From positions 3,360,001-3,424,000 of the forward strand of contig OY729428.2 of assembly GCA_963422375.2 (NCBI GenBank): DNA of 64,000 bases, written 5' to 3'. This document shows, piece after piece, positions 32,286 through 41,668 of this stretch (its first letter is position 1; every line of letters begins with the position of its first letter). Under the pieces are notes generated by a model. The model ran no database searches and was not told the DNA's origin. It saw nothing but the letters and a program-made list of their open reading frames with translations. The DNA is from Bryobacterales bacterium (GTDB taxonomy: Bacteria > Acidobacteriota > Terriglobia > Bryobacterales > UBA6623). The position numbers and the translations under genes were made by a program.

Positions 32286-34691
32286 CTAGCGCTGGCGGAA
32301 CGCCTCGCTCGCCACAATGATTGCACAAAGCTCGCGCAGGCGGTAGCCGCTGCGCTCGAAGCGCGCCACCATCCGAAGGACCGCTTTCTCGTCCCGTCGC
32401 TCGAGGCTGCGTCCCAGCGCGTACGCCAGCAGCTTCTCGGTGAGCGCCCTCGCGAACTCGCGCTGCCGGTTCTCGACCAGATAGTCCATGAGAGCGGCGG
32501 CCCCGTCCACCTCGTGCCCGTCGGGAAGCGTAGCCGCCGCATCGACGGGATAGGTCTCCTCGCGCTCGCCCCAACGCCGCCTCACGTTCTCGCGCCGCAA
32601 CCCGACCGCGTCGTACTCCTCGAGCGCGACGCCCCAAGGATCGATCCCTCGATGGCAGAAAGCGCATGACTCGCTGTCCTGGTGCCGCTCCAGCTGCCGC
32701 TTGAGCGACAGAAGTGCCGTCCCCTCGGCGCCACTATCCAAGTTGGGCACGGCGGGCGGCGGGGGTGCTGGCGGATCTCCCAGCAACGCCGTGCGCACCC
32801 AGACCCCGCGCTTGACGGGGTGGGAATCCTCGCCCGTCGAGTTCGCCAAGAGCACGCTCGCATGGGCCAGCAGGCCACCGGGGCGGCCGGAGGAAGCGAG
32901 CGAGACGCGTTCGAATGCGCCCCCGCGGGGCCCCGAGATCCCGTAGTGCCGCGCCATTCGCTCGTTGAGCATGGCGAAGTCGGACCGGAGGAAGTGGGTG
33001 GCGCTGATGTCGCGCTGCAGCAGGGAGGCGAAGAAGTGATGGGTCTCCCGCCGCATCTCCTCCTTCAGCGACAGGTCGAAGTGCGGGTAGTAGTTTGGGT
33101 TGACCGCGACTCTGCGCACGCCCGCGAGATCCAGCCACTGGTCGGCGAACTGCTCTACGAGGGCCCAAGATCGCGGGTCGTCCAGCATCCGCATCGTCTC
33201 GGCGCGCAGCGTGGACCTGTCCGACAAGCGCCCGCGGCTGGCCAGCCGCATCAGGCGCTCGTCCGGCATCGTGCTCCACAGGAAATACGACAGCCGCGAC
33301 GCCAGCTCGTGATCGCTCACGGGGCCGGAACCAGGCGAGCCCCGTTCGATCCGGTAGAGGAAATCCGGCGAAATCAGGACCATTGCCAATGTCTCGCGAA
33401 GCGCTCGTTCGAAACTGCCGGCCCGGGGCCTCGCCCCGTCGTAGAATCGCTGCACCCGGGCGACTTCGCCATCGCGCACGGGCCGCCGGTAGGCCCGTCG
33501 CATGAAGCGCCGGACGACAGCAGCGGCCGCGGCGCGCTCGTCCCGCCCGCCGTCGGGCAGGGCGGGCACGATCAGCCGGTGGTGTTGCGGCGGCCAGGTG
33601 GCGTGGGCGGGCGCCCTGAAGTACAGGGATTCCACGACAATCGCCGGGAAGTCCGGATCCGTCGGCCAGACCATCCGCTTCCGGCTCTTGCCGTTCTCCT
33701 CGAACTCCACCGTCTCTCCGGGGGGCGGCGGCTCGCCGTCGGAGTAGGCGTTGCGAATCCAGACCAGCAGCCCGGGATACTTGCTCTGCGTCCGGCTCTG
33801 GATGGGAAACTCCTCGATGCGCCCGCGGAATTCGAACTCGCGCGCCGGCCCCTGTCGGACGTCCACCTCGGCCACCGTTCGCGACGGAGTCTGCGTGTCG
33901 GCCCGGTACCCGAGCGAGACGTGCATGCGCGGATAGGGGGCTCCGGTGGGAATCTCGGCTCGCGCTCGGATGCGCAGCAAGAACTCCCCCTCGTCCGGGA
34001 AGCCCGGCACCCGCGACACGAACGTGCCGGTCCGCCCGAGGCGGTTGGACCAATGGACGTTCTTCAGCTTGTCCTCGACCGTCCGCTCGGCCCTGTGCTC
34101 GTAGACCGGCGGCTCCGGACCCTCGACAATCGCCCGCCGCAGGCCGTCGCGGGCCGCGCTGAGATAGTGCTCCAGCTGCATGGCTGACATGCGCAGAGCC
34201 GCTCCGTTGTTCGCGAAGCCGTCCCGGCTGAGCTCGTCAGGCGGCAGGTTCCGCGTGTAGTCGACGTCGAGACCGAGCAGGTCCCGCATCGTGTTCTGGT
34301 ACTCGATTCGGTTGAGCCTGCGCATCACGACGACGCCGCGCGACTCGTTCCGGCTCTCCTCCGCCGCGCGGAACCGGCCGGAAAGCCACTCGAGGACCGC
34401 CGCTCTGGCGTCCGGCGGCATCCGCGGCGCGCCGCGGGGAGGCATGGCGCCGACGCTCAAGGCATCTCGCACGTCGTGCCACGTCTCCGCGGACCGGCGG
34501 TCGCCGACTAGGTCGGCCGAGAGTGTGTCAAGCCGGACGCCTGCGTTCTGGGTCACGGGCCCATGGCAGGCGACGCAATGGCGGTCCAGGATCGCCTTGA
34601 CGGACGCGTCAACGGGCACGCCGGGCAAGGGCTGCGCCGCGTGCAGCAGCCATGCTGCCGCGACGGTCCGCAACCAGCGCGAGACGGTCAT
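32286..34691 (-). CDS. DUF1592/DUF1588 planctomycete-type cytochrome c domain protein
   Basis: CVACH and CAFCH haem motifs, RRLNR.EY.NT.RDLLG, ELASRLSYFLWS..PD, HPVKRG. Confidence 0.9.
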   Translation of the reverse strand: MTVSRWLRTVAAAWLLHAAQPLPGVPVDASVKAILDRHCVACHGPVTQNAGVRLDTLSADLVGDRRSAETWHDVRDALSVGAMPPRGAPRMPPDARAAVLEWLSGRFRAAEESRNESRGVVVMRRLNRIEYQNTMRDLLGLDVDYTRNLPPDELSRDGFANNGAALRMSAMQLEHYLSAARDGLRRAIVEGPEPPVYEHRAERTVEDKLKNVHWSNRLGRTGTFVSRVPGFPDEGEFLLRIRARAEIPTGAPYPRMHVSLGYRADTQTPSRTVAEVDVRQGPAREFEFRGRIEEFPIQSRTQSKYPGLLVWIRNAYSDGEPPPPGETVEFEENGKSRKRMVWPTDPDFPAIVVESLYFRAPAHATWPPQHHRLIVPALPDGGRDERAAAAAVVRRFMRRAYRRPVRDGEVARVQRFYDGARPRAGSFERALRETLAMVLISPDFLYRIERGSPGSGPVSDHELASRLSYFLWSTMPDERLMRLASRGRLSDRSTLRAETMRMLDDPRSWALVEQFADQWLDLAGVRRVAVNPNYYPHFDLSLKEEMRRETHHFFASLLQRDISATHFLRSDFAMLNERMARHYGISGPRGGAFERVSLASSGRPGGLLAHASVLLANSTGEDSHPVKRGVWVRTALLGDPPAPPPPAVPNLDSGAEGTALLSLKRQLERHQDSESCAFCHRGIDPWGVALEEYDAVGLRRENVRRRWGEREETYPVDAAATLPDGHEVDGAAALMDYLVENRQREFARALTEKLLAYALGRSLERRDEKAVLRMVARFERSGYRLRELCAIIVASEAFRQR

Positions 34692-34825
34692 GCTCCGACG
34701 ATCCTGACGGTTTGCGCCGACCTCGGGAGGGACGCAGTTCAAGTCTAGCGAGAACGCGGCGCCGATCCCGTGAGAGGCCCTCCCGCGAAGGGCCTCGGGC
34801 ATTGGGGATAGTATCCTGCAACTTC

Positions 34826-36496
34826 ATGCCGACAGGATCGGAACTCTTCGTCCGGAGCTTGCAGAGCCAGGGAGTCGACCGGATTTTCACGCTCGTAGGG
34901 GACCATCTCAACGACGTCCTGCAGGTGGCGGCGCGGGAAGGCATGTCTATATACGACACGCGCCACGAGTCGGCCGCGGTCCACATGGCGGACGGTTGGA
35001 CTCGCCTGACGCGGGCGCCCGGCGTCTCATTGGTGACGGGGGCCCCGGGGCACACGAACTCCATCACGGGCATCGCCACGGCCAACGCTACGGCCGTACC
35101 GATGCTGACGGTGAGCGGGATGAGCGACTCGCACGCGCGGGACCGCCACGCGTTCCAGGACATGGACCAGCTCAAGCTGGTCCAAGGCATCACGAAGTAC
35201 GCGGCCGTGCCCGCCCGCTCCGGCCAGATTCCGTTTCACGTGAAACGGGCGTTCACGGAGATGCTGCGAGACCGCCCGGGCGTGGCGCACCTGAGCGTGC
35301 CCGTCGACCTGTTCACGGAGTCCAGCGACTCGCACGCCCCGATACCGACGAATCGCGTCGAGCCGATTCGTAGCGGTCCGCCCAGCGACAGCGTGGACCG
35401 GACCATCGACCTGCTGGCGCGAGCCGAGCGCCCGGCGGTCATCGCCGGCTCCGGAGCCTACTGGTCCGGCGCGGACGAGGAACTCGAGACCTTCGTCGAG
35501 TCCGCAGGGATCCCTCTGTTCACGACCAATCTCGCTCGCGGGATGGTCTCCGACGACCACCCGCTCTGCTTCGGGTATGCGGACGCGACCATCAACCCCG
35601 GCGCGGAGAACGCGCTGCAGCAATCCGACTTGGTCATCATCGTCGGCAAGCGCATCGACTACGGACTCCGGATGGGCGGGCCGCAACTGTTCGCTGAGGG
35701 AGCGAAGACAATCCAGATCGACGTCTGCGGAGGCGAGCTGGGACTGAACCGGGCCCTCGCCGTCGGAATTCGAGCCGACGCCAAGACCGCGCTCGCCGTC
35801 TTGAATGCGGCCCTCGCCGACCGCGACGCCCCCGACCGGTCCGGCTGGCTGGCCGAGGTGCAGCGGGGCTGCGACGACTACGCGGCCCGGGTCGCGGAGC
35901 AGGCTGCGCGCCCGCGCGCGCCGATGCACTCGCTGCACGCCTACCAGGTCCTTCGAGAAAAGCTGCCCCCGGACGCGACGATTTGCTGGGACGGGGGCGA
36001 CTTCGTCCATTGGGGACGCTATCTGCTGCGGGCCCGCCATGCCGGTCGGTGGATGCGGCTCGGATCGCTCGCCGGCCTCGGCGTGGCCCTGCCCGTGGGG
36101 CTGAGCGCCCAGATCCTGAGACCGAACGCGCGCTCGGTCGTCATCACCGGAGACGGCTCGCTGGGCTTCTACATCGGCGAGCTCGACACGGCCGTGCGGT
36201 ACGGCCTCCCGATGGTGGTCATCGTCGGCAACGACGCCGGGTGGGGCATCGAGCGAGAGCTGCAGCAGGCCTTCTACCCGGATTCGGGCACTGTCGCTTG
36301 CGAGCTGAGAAACACTCGTTACGACTTGGTAATGAAGGGCTTCGGCGGAGACGGGGCGCACGTGACGGCACCGGAGCAGCTCTCGGACGCGTTCGACCGG
36401 GCCTTCCGGAGCGAAGTGCCCTTCCTAGTCAATATCGAGATCGACGGGGCGGGCTCGCCCTTTACGCAGTACCAGATCAATCGGCGCGCCAAGTAG
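34826..36496 (+). CDS. Thiamine-diphosphate enzyme (acetolactate synthase / 2-hydroxyacyl-CoA lyase-like)
   Basis: RHE..A.HMADG, FQDMDQ, GDGS...GND ThDP motif. Confidence 0.9.
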   Translation: MPTGSELFVRSLQSQGVDRIFTLVGDHLNDVLQVAAREGMSIYDTRHESAAVHMADGWTRLTRAPGVSLVTGAPGHTNSITGIATANATAVPMLTVSGMSDSHARDRHAFQDMDQLKLVQGITKYAAVPARSGQIPFHVKRAFTEMLRDRPGVAHLSVPVDLFTESSDSHAPIPTNRVEPIRSGPPSDSVDRTIDLLARAERPAVIAGSGAYWSGADEELETFVESAGIPLFTTNLARGMVSDDHPLCFGYADATINPGAENALQQSDLVIIVGKRIDYGLRMGGPQLFAEGAKTIQIDVCGGELGLNRALAVGIRADAKTALAVLNAALADRDAPDRSGWLAEVQRGCDDYAARVAEQAARPRAPMHSLHAYQVLREKLPPDATICWDGGDFVHWGRYLLRARHAGRWMRLGSLAGLGVALPVGLSAQILRPNARSVVITGDGSLGFYIGELDTAVRYGLPMVVIVGNDAGWGIERELQQAFYPDSGTVACELRNTRYDLVMKGFGGDGAHVTAPEQLSDAFDRAFRSEVPFLVNIEIDGAGSPFTQYQINRRAK

Positions 36497-36503
36497 CCAG
36501 CCG

Positions 36504-37037
36504 ATGCGACCGCGACGCAGCGCCGTGCTTGCCGCTTTCGCGGCGGCGCTCCTTGCGAGCAACGCCGACGCGGCCCAGGCACCGACGTACGTTGTACCTC
36601 CCGAGAGCCTCCCGCGGGCTCTCGGGCCGCAACCGGTTCCCTTCGACCACAAGGTGCATGCGCAGCAGCGCATCGGCTGCCTCGACTGCCATCCCGGCGC
36701 CGAGACGCGGGAGCGCGCCGGAATCCCGGACCGCGACCGGTGCATGCTCTGCCATCGGTCGATCGCGACGGACCGGCCGGGTGTCCGGCAGCTGGCCCGA
36801 TTGCCTGCCGGCAGCAAGATTCGCTGGGCGCGGGCCTACCGCGTGCCCGACTTCGTCTTCTTCAGCCACGCCAGCCATTCGGCGGCCTCGCTGGCTTGCG
36901 CGACTTGCCACGGGCCGGTGGAGACCCGGGCCGAGCTGAGCCAGGAGGTTTCGACAAGCATGACGGCGTGCATGAACTGCCACGCGGAGCGCGAGGCGTC
37001 CAACGAATGCTACCTGTGCCACGACCTCGGACAGTGA
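36504..37037 (+). CDS. Periplasmic pentaheme cytochrome c (cytochrome c3/c7, ActA-like)
   Basis: Signal peptide; CLDCH, CMLCH, CATCH, CMNCH, CYLCH; QP.PF.H..H and PDFV.F.H..H. Confidence 0.9.
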   Translation: MRPRRSAVLAAFAAALLASNADAAQAPTYVVPPESLPRALGPQPVPFDHKVHAQQRIGCLDCHPGAETRERAGIPDRDRCMLCHRSIATDRPGVRQLARLPAGSKIRWARAYRVPDFVFFSHASHSAASLACATCHGPVETRAELSQEVSTSMTACMNCHAEREASNECYLCHDLGQ

Positions 37038-37137
37038 GCCTGCGCCCCGTGGCTGCTGCGATGATGGGACAGGACGCCGGGGCGGGTGCTGGCGCGGCTC
37101 TCCGCATGCAGCCCACCGAGAATGCCGCGCCCCGCCG

Positions 37138-37764
37138 ATGGCAGCGAAGCAAGTAGCCGGGGGAAACCGGCCCGAGGCATCGGTCCCGACTACCGTTGGC
37201 GACGCGCTCTCCTGCTTGGTCCGGGATCCCGGGCGATGGCTGCTTCGCCACTGGAACTGGAAGAACGCCGTTCTCAGCGCGATCATGCGCACGTCGATTT
37301 TCTTTTCGGTGAACTTGCTGGCGAGCTTGGACAGCGCGGTCGAAGCCGCGATCACGGAGATCTGCTATCGCGCCCCGATGGTGGGCACGTTGGGGGCGAT
37401 CTCCCAAGCGTTCCGTCGCGTGCAGCCGGCTTGGAAGGCCAGCGGCGTCATCATGCTGCTGCTCCCGGCGCTGGCGCACGGCGTGGAGTTCACGATCCAC
37501 TCATTGCGTGGGACGCAGAAGCTCTACGAAAGCGTGGCAGCGTCGATCATGTTCTCCATGCTGACCGCGATCGGCACTTACTTCCTGCACCGCCGGGACG
37601 TGCTGATCGTCGGACCGGGCGCGCGAAGTTTCGCCGAGGACATGGTCCGGCTGCCGGTCGAGGTGTTCAATTTGCTCGCCACGTTGCTGCGGGCCCCGTT
37701 CCGAAAGCTTGGAGACTCGCATGCGGACAAGAGCAGAGGACACCACTCCTCGCATATCCGATAG
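37138..37764 (+). CDS. Hypothetical membrane protein
   Basis: WNWK.A.LSA motif and several hydrophobic segments. Confidence 0.7.
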   Translation: MAAKQVAGGNRPEASVPTTVGDALSCLVRDPGRWLLRHWNWKNAVLSAIMRTSIFFSVNLLASLDSAVEAAITEICYRAPMVGTLGAISQAFRRVQPAWKASGVIMLLLPALAHGVEFTIHSLRGTQKLYESVAASIMFSMLTAIGTYFLHRRDVLIVGPGARSFAEDMVRLPVEVFNLLATLLRAPFRKLGDSHADKSRGHHSSHIR

Positions 37765-38496
37765 GCCGCAGCACGCTCGGCTATTGGGACGACCTCGTCC
37801 GGGCACCACCTACGCGACGCTCCCCGCACAGAAGCGGGCGTGCAAATCAACGCATCCAGATCCCAACCCGGCCTAGGCATCGCCCCTCGCCTGTCGCCGC
37901 ACGGGCTCTTTCGGCGGGACTACCGCCAATGGCGTTCGTTAGTGCAAGGTCCCGAGCTCATGACATACCGGGCTGCGCTTGGCGACCTGCCCGGGCCGGG
38001 CATCGGCATGGGCACTCGCATCGCGAGGCTCAACGCCCTGCGACCTGCGGCCGCGAGTCGCAGACGGCCCGGCCGAGTTGGTCCCGTCGCGGCCGAGGGT
38101 GGTTCGCGAGCCATCAAAGACCCAAGGTTGGCACAACAAGCGGAATCAGCTACGCAACTCCCCAAGCCCACTAGACAGCCAGCCGGCTGGCGATGGTGGC
38201 TCGATGTCTTCGGATACGCCACCCCGCCGGCCTATCGAGGGACACTGCCAATTCTCCTAGCGACCGCTGACCGTGGCCGGCCATTCTTAGACTTCGTGCC
38301 TGTGGGCCGCCTGCCTAGTAGGCCGGGCACTCAATTGCAAGTGCTTGAACTGCAGCCAAACGTCGAGCGGATACGTTCCGCCTCGCGCAGTGGAAAGCAG
38401 GATCGACCCACACTTTGAGGCGTAGAAAAAGGGCACCATCTTAATATTACAAAATGGCCAAATCTGGGAGCAGGCAGAGTTTGGCCATCAATATTA

Positions 38497-40022
38497 GGGA
38501 ATTATATATCTGAGTGCCGAGGGAATCAAGTCGGCAAATTATCAAGCCATAATAAGATTTCATATTTCTTCCGACTTTCCGTTGACATTCTGTGGTGTTT
38601 CTTGGTAGAATAGTTCCAGTAGGGGATACCGTAAATGAAGAAATCAGGTCCCGGAAAGTGGTTCCGTAAAGGCATCACATTGATCGAAGTGATCGCCATG
38701 TTTCCCGATGACGAATCCGCGGAAAAGTGGTTCGCCTCCATGCGCTGGCCGGACGGTCCCGCGTGCCCCCGCTGCCGCGGCTCCAGCGTGCAGTCCGACG
38801 CAGCCCACCCTTCGATGCCGTACCGTTGCCGCGGCTGCGGCAAGCGCTTTTCCGTGCGCGCCGGCAGCGTGATGGCCGACACCAAGCTCGGCTGCCGCAC
38901 CCGGGCCGTCGCCCTGTTCCTGCTGACTACCGGCATCAAGGGCGTCTCGAGCATGAAGCTGCACCGCGACCCGGGCATCAGCCGGAAGTCGGCCTGGCAC
39001 CTGGCGCACCGCATCCGCGCGTGCCGGGAGCGGGATCAGGGCCTGTTCGCCGGCCCGGTGGAGGTGGACGAGACCTACGTCGGCGGCAAGGAACGCAACC
39101 AGCACGAGAGGAAGAAGGCCCGCGCCGGGCGCGGGCCCGTCGGCAAGACGCCCGTGGCGGGGGCGCGCGACCGCGCCACGAACGCAGCGGCCGCGCGGCC
39201 GCTGCCGGGCACCGCCAAGGGCGACCTGCAGGGCTTCGCGCGCGCCCGCGTCGCGCCGGGCGCGCAGCTCCGCTCCGACGAGGCGGCGGCCTGCGCCGGC
39301 ATGGCGGAGTTCGCGCACGAAGCCGTCAGGCACTCCGGCGGCGAGTACGTGCGCGGGGCAGCGCATGCGAACGGCATCGAATCGTTCCGGTCCCTGTTCA
39401 AGCGCGGCCTGTACGGAACCTATCACCGGATGAGCGTCCGTCATCTCGGCCGCTACCTCACGCAGTTCGCGGGACGGCGCAACGACCGCGACTGCGACAC
39501 GGCGGAACGGATGCGGCGCATGGCGCGGGGCCTGGTCGGCCGGACGCTGACCTGCCGGCAGCTGACCGGCAAGGCCGCGGTCGCGGCCTGAGCGGAGCCC
39601 GCCGCGCCGAGCGCGGCAGCCCGCTGCGGGCGGGCGCTTCACGCTCGGTACGAGGGGCGCACCGGATCCGGCATGCCCCGGCGCGACCCCGGTCCGGTCC
39701 GGACCGTCCATGCAGGCCGTCGAGCGCCGGGGATCCGCTGTCTTCGGCCCTCGCAGGGCCTGCAAGCGGCTTGCAAGGCGTGCCCTGCCACCGCCAACCG
39801 GGTTCCACCGGGGCAACCGGGGCAACCGGGGCATGCGAGGCGGCCTCTCTAGTCCCTTCCTCGTCCAATCCGCTGGCAGGCTCGATTCAGATACGATCCC
39901 ACACCCCACCCCTCTGTGCCCGCCGCGGCCGCACTCGCATGACCCCAGCTCGACACCCACCTCCCTGCTCACAGCAGTTCTAGTCGGACATGGCGTTGTC
40001 GGCACTCAGATATATAATTCCC
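38497..40022 (+). mobile_element. IS1595-family element, copy 2
   Basis: Perfect 24-bp IR GGGAATTATATATCTGAGTGCCGA; 8-bp TSD CAATATTA (38489-38496 / 40023-40030). Confidence 0.95.
38635..39591 (+). CDS. IS1595-family transposase
   Basis: Zn ribbon, VEVDETYVGG, SDE, NGIESF, GTYH; several conserved residues substituted. Confidence 0.9.
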   Translation: MKKSGPGKWFRKGITLIEVIAMFPDDESAEKWFASMRWPDGPACPRCRGSSVQSDAAHPSMPYRCRGCGKRFSVRAGSVMADTKLGCRTRAVALFLLTTGIKGVSSMKLHRDPGISRKSAWHLAHRIRACRERDQGLFAGPVEVDETYVGGKERNQHERKKARAGRGPVGKTPVAGARDRATNAAAARPLPGTAKGDLQGFARARVAPGAQLRSDEAAACAGMAEFAHEAVRHSGGEYVRGAAHANGIESFRSLFKRGLYGTYHRMSVRHLGRYLTQFAGRRNDRDCDTAERMRRMARGLVGRTLTCRQLTGKAAVAA

Positions 40023-40292
40023 CAATATTACTACGCTTACAGTCCTCAAGTCACGATCCGTCGCGGCGGAACCGGCAATGACATGCTTGTCGATGGCGTG
40101 AGCGAGCGCATCAGTGTTCGACGCGTCCGCTAGCTCGAGCCTGCCAGGGCTGTCCAAGTGCTTCCCTGCACGTGATTCGGCAGCCATCACTCTCTCCGGA
40201 CTCACCGGCACTGAATCTCACTCGACCTCCCCACGGCGCGACCCCGGGATGGCCGAGGCCACTCCCCGGTCCTGCGCGATACAATCCTGCGT

Positions 40293-41234
40293 ATGGTGCC
40301 GACCGCCCTCCTAGCGCCCGCGGAATCCATCGAGCACCGGACCCCGCACGGGCATCCCGAGCGAGCCGCCCGGTTTGAAGCGGTTACGAGGGCGATGGAA
40401 TCGAGCGGCCTCGCCGCGCGCATGGGACGCTTGGAGTCTTCTGCGATCAACACGGACACGCTGCGGCTGTGCCACGGGCAGGCGTACATCGATCTCGTCG
40501 AGCGGGAAGTCCGCTCGGGGCGGCGCACGCTGTCGACCGGAGACACGCACGTCGGCCCGCGCTCCCTGGATGCCGCCCGTGCCGCGGCCGGAGCGGTCTG
40601 CTCGGCGGTCGACGCCGTCGTGGCGGGCACGTTCGGCCAGGCGTTTTGCGTCCTGCGCCCTCCCGGACACCACGCCCGTCCGAACCAAGGCATGGGCTTC
40701 TGCATTTTCAACAACATCGCCGTGGCCGCCCGACACGCCCGGCACCGACACGGCCTGTCACGAGTCTTGATCGCCGACTGGGACGTGCATCACGGCAACG
40801 GCACGCAAGACATCTTCTACAGCGACCCGGACGTGCTGTTCTTCAGCACGCACCAGTCCCCGTGGTACCCGGGAACCGGAGACGCCGACGAGACCGGTGT
40901 CGGCGACGGCGAAGGCAGCACGATCAACTGCCCGTTGCCGTCGGGGGCGGGACGACGCGAGATTCTCGGAGCCTTCCGGGAGAGGCTGCTTCCGGCAGCC
41001 GAAGACTTCCGACCGGACCTGGTCATGATCTCAGCCGGATTCGACTCGCGGCTTGGCGACCCGCTCGGGCGCTTCCGCCTTGTGGACGACGACTTCCGCG
41101 AGATGACGCTGCTGCTCAGGGACGTGGCGAGCAGGCATGCCGGAGGGCGGCTCGTGTCGGCGCTGGAAGGCGGCTACAGCCTCGATGGCTTGGCGGCAGG
41201 CGTCGCCAGCCACGTCTCGGCGCTGCTCGAGTGA
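40293..41234 (+). CDS. Histone deacetylase-family protein
   Basis: HPE..R, RPPGHHA, GFCIFNN, DWDVHHGNGTQ, SAGFD, LEGGY. Confidence 0.95.
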   Translation: MVPTALLAPAESIEHRTPHGHPERAARFEAVTRAMESSGLAARMGRLESSAINTDTLRLCHGQAYIDLVEREVRSGRRTLSTGDTHVGPRSLDAARAAAGAVCSAVDAVVAGTFGQAFCVLRPPGHHARPNQGMGFCIFNNIAVAARHARHRHGLSRVLIADWDVHHGNGTQDIFYSDPDVLFFSTHQSPWYPGTGDADETGVGDGEGSTINCPLPSGAGRREILGAFRERLLPAAEDFRPDLVMISAGFDSRLGDPLGRFRLVDDDFREMTLLLRDVASRHAGGRLVSALEGGYSLDGLAAGVASHVSALLE

Positions 41235-41246
41235 ACGCGGGCCGCC

Positions 41247-41627
41247 TCAGTCCAGTCGAACCGACACGATCCTGGACGTCGTGACTGTCGAGTGCTTGGG
41301 GTGCTGGAACTCCATCCGCATGCCGCGCCCGAGGTAGGCGACCTTGAGCATCGAGCCGCCCCAGCTCGATCCGCGCACTCTCACCGGAACTGGTTCCGGG
41401 CAGTAGTCCGGGTGCCCCGAGATCCAGACCTGCCCCCTCCGAACGCGCAGTTCGTAGCGACGGTTCAGCGTCTGGACCAGCACGCGGCTGCCGTCCTTGA
41501 GCGTTCCCAAGCGGACGCCCCCCTCGACCTCCGAGCGCACGATGCGGGTGCGGACTCCTTTCGAGAGCCCGCGCAACGCCGGGATGAAGCCGGGACGGAC
41601 TCGACCGGTTCGATTCGATTCGCTCAT
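41247..41627 (-). CDS. Small hypothetical protein at the end of the MoxR operon
   Basis: ISGHPDYCPEP, GSSWGGSMLK..Y.GRGMRMEF; about 40 bp downstream of the previous stop. Confidence 0.65.
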   Translation of the reverse strand: MSESNRTGRVRPGFIPALRGLSKGVRTRIVRSEVEGGVRLGTLKDGSRVLVQTLNRRYELRVRRGQVWISGHPDYCPEPVPVRVRGSSWGGSMLKVAYLGRGMRMEFQHPKHSTVTTSRIVSVRLD

Positions 41628-41668
41628 CTTCGACAGCGGCTCCGGCCGACATCGGAATCGGGCGAGCC

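Noticed and set aside
18751..40022. Inverted IS1595 pair as a composite transposon or inversion of the glnA-tRNA segment
   Set aside because: Copy 2 retains its own TSD on both sides and no TSD is shared between the copies
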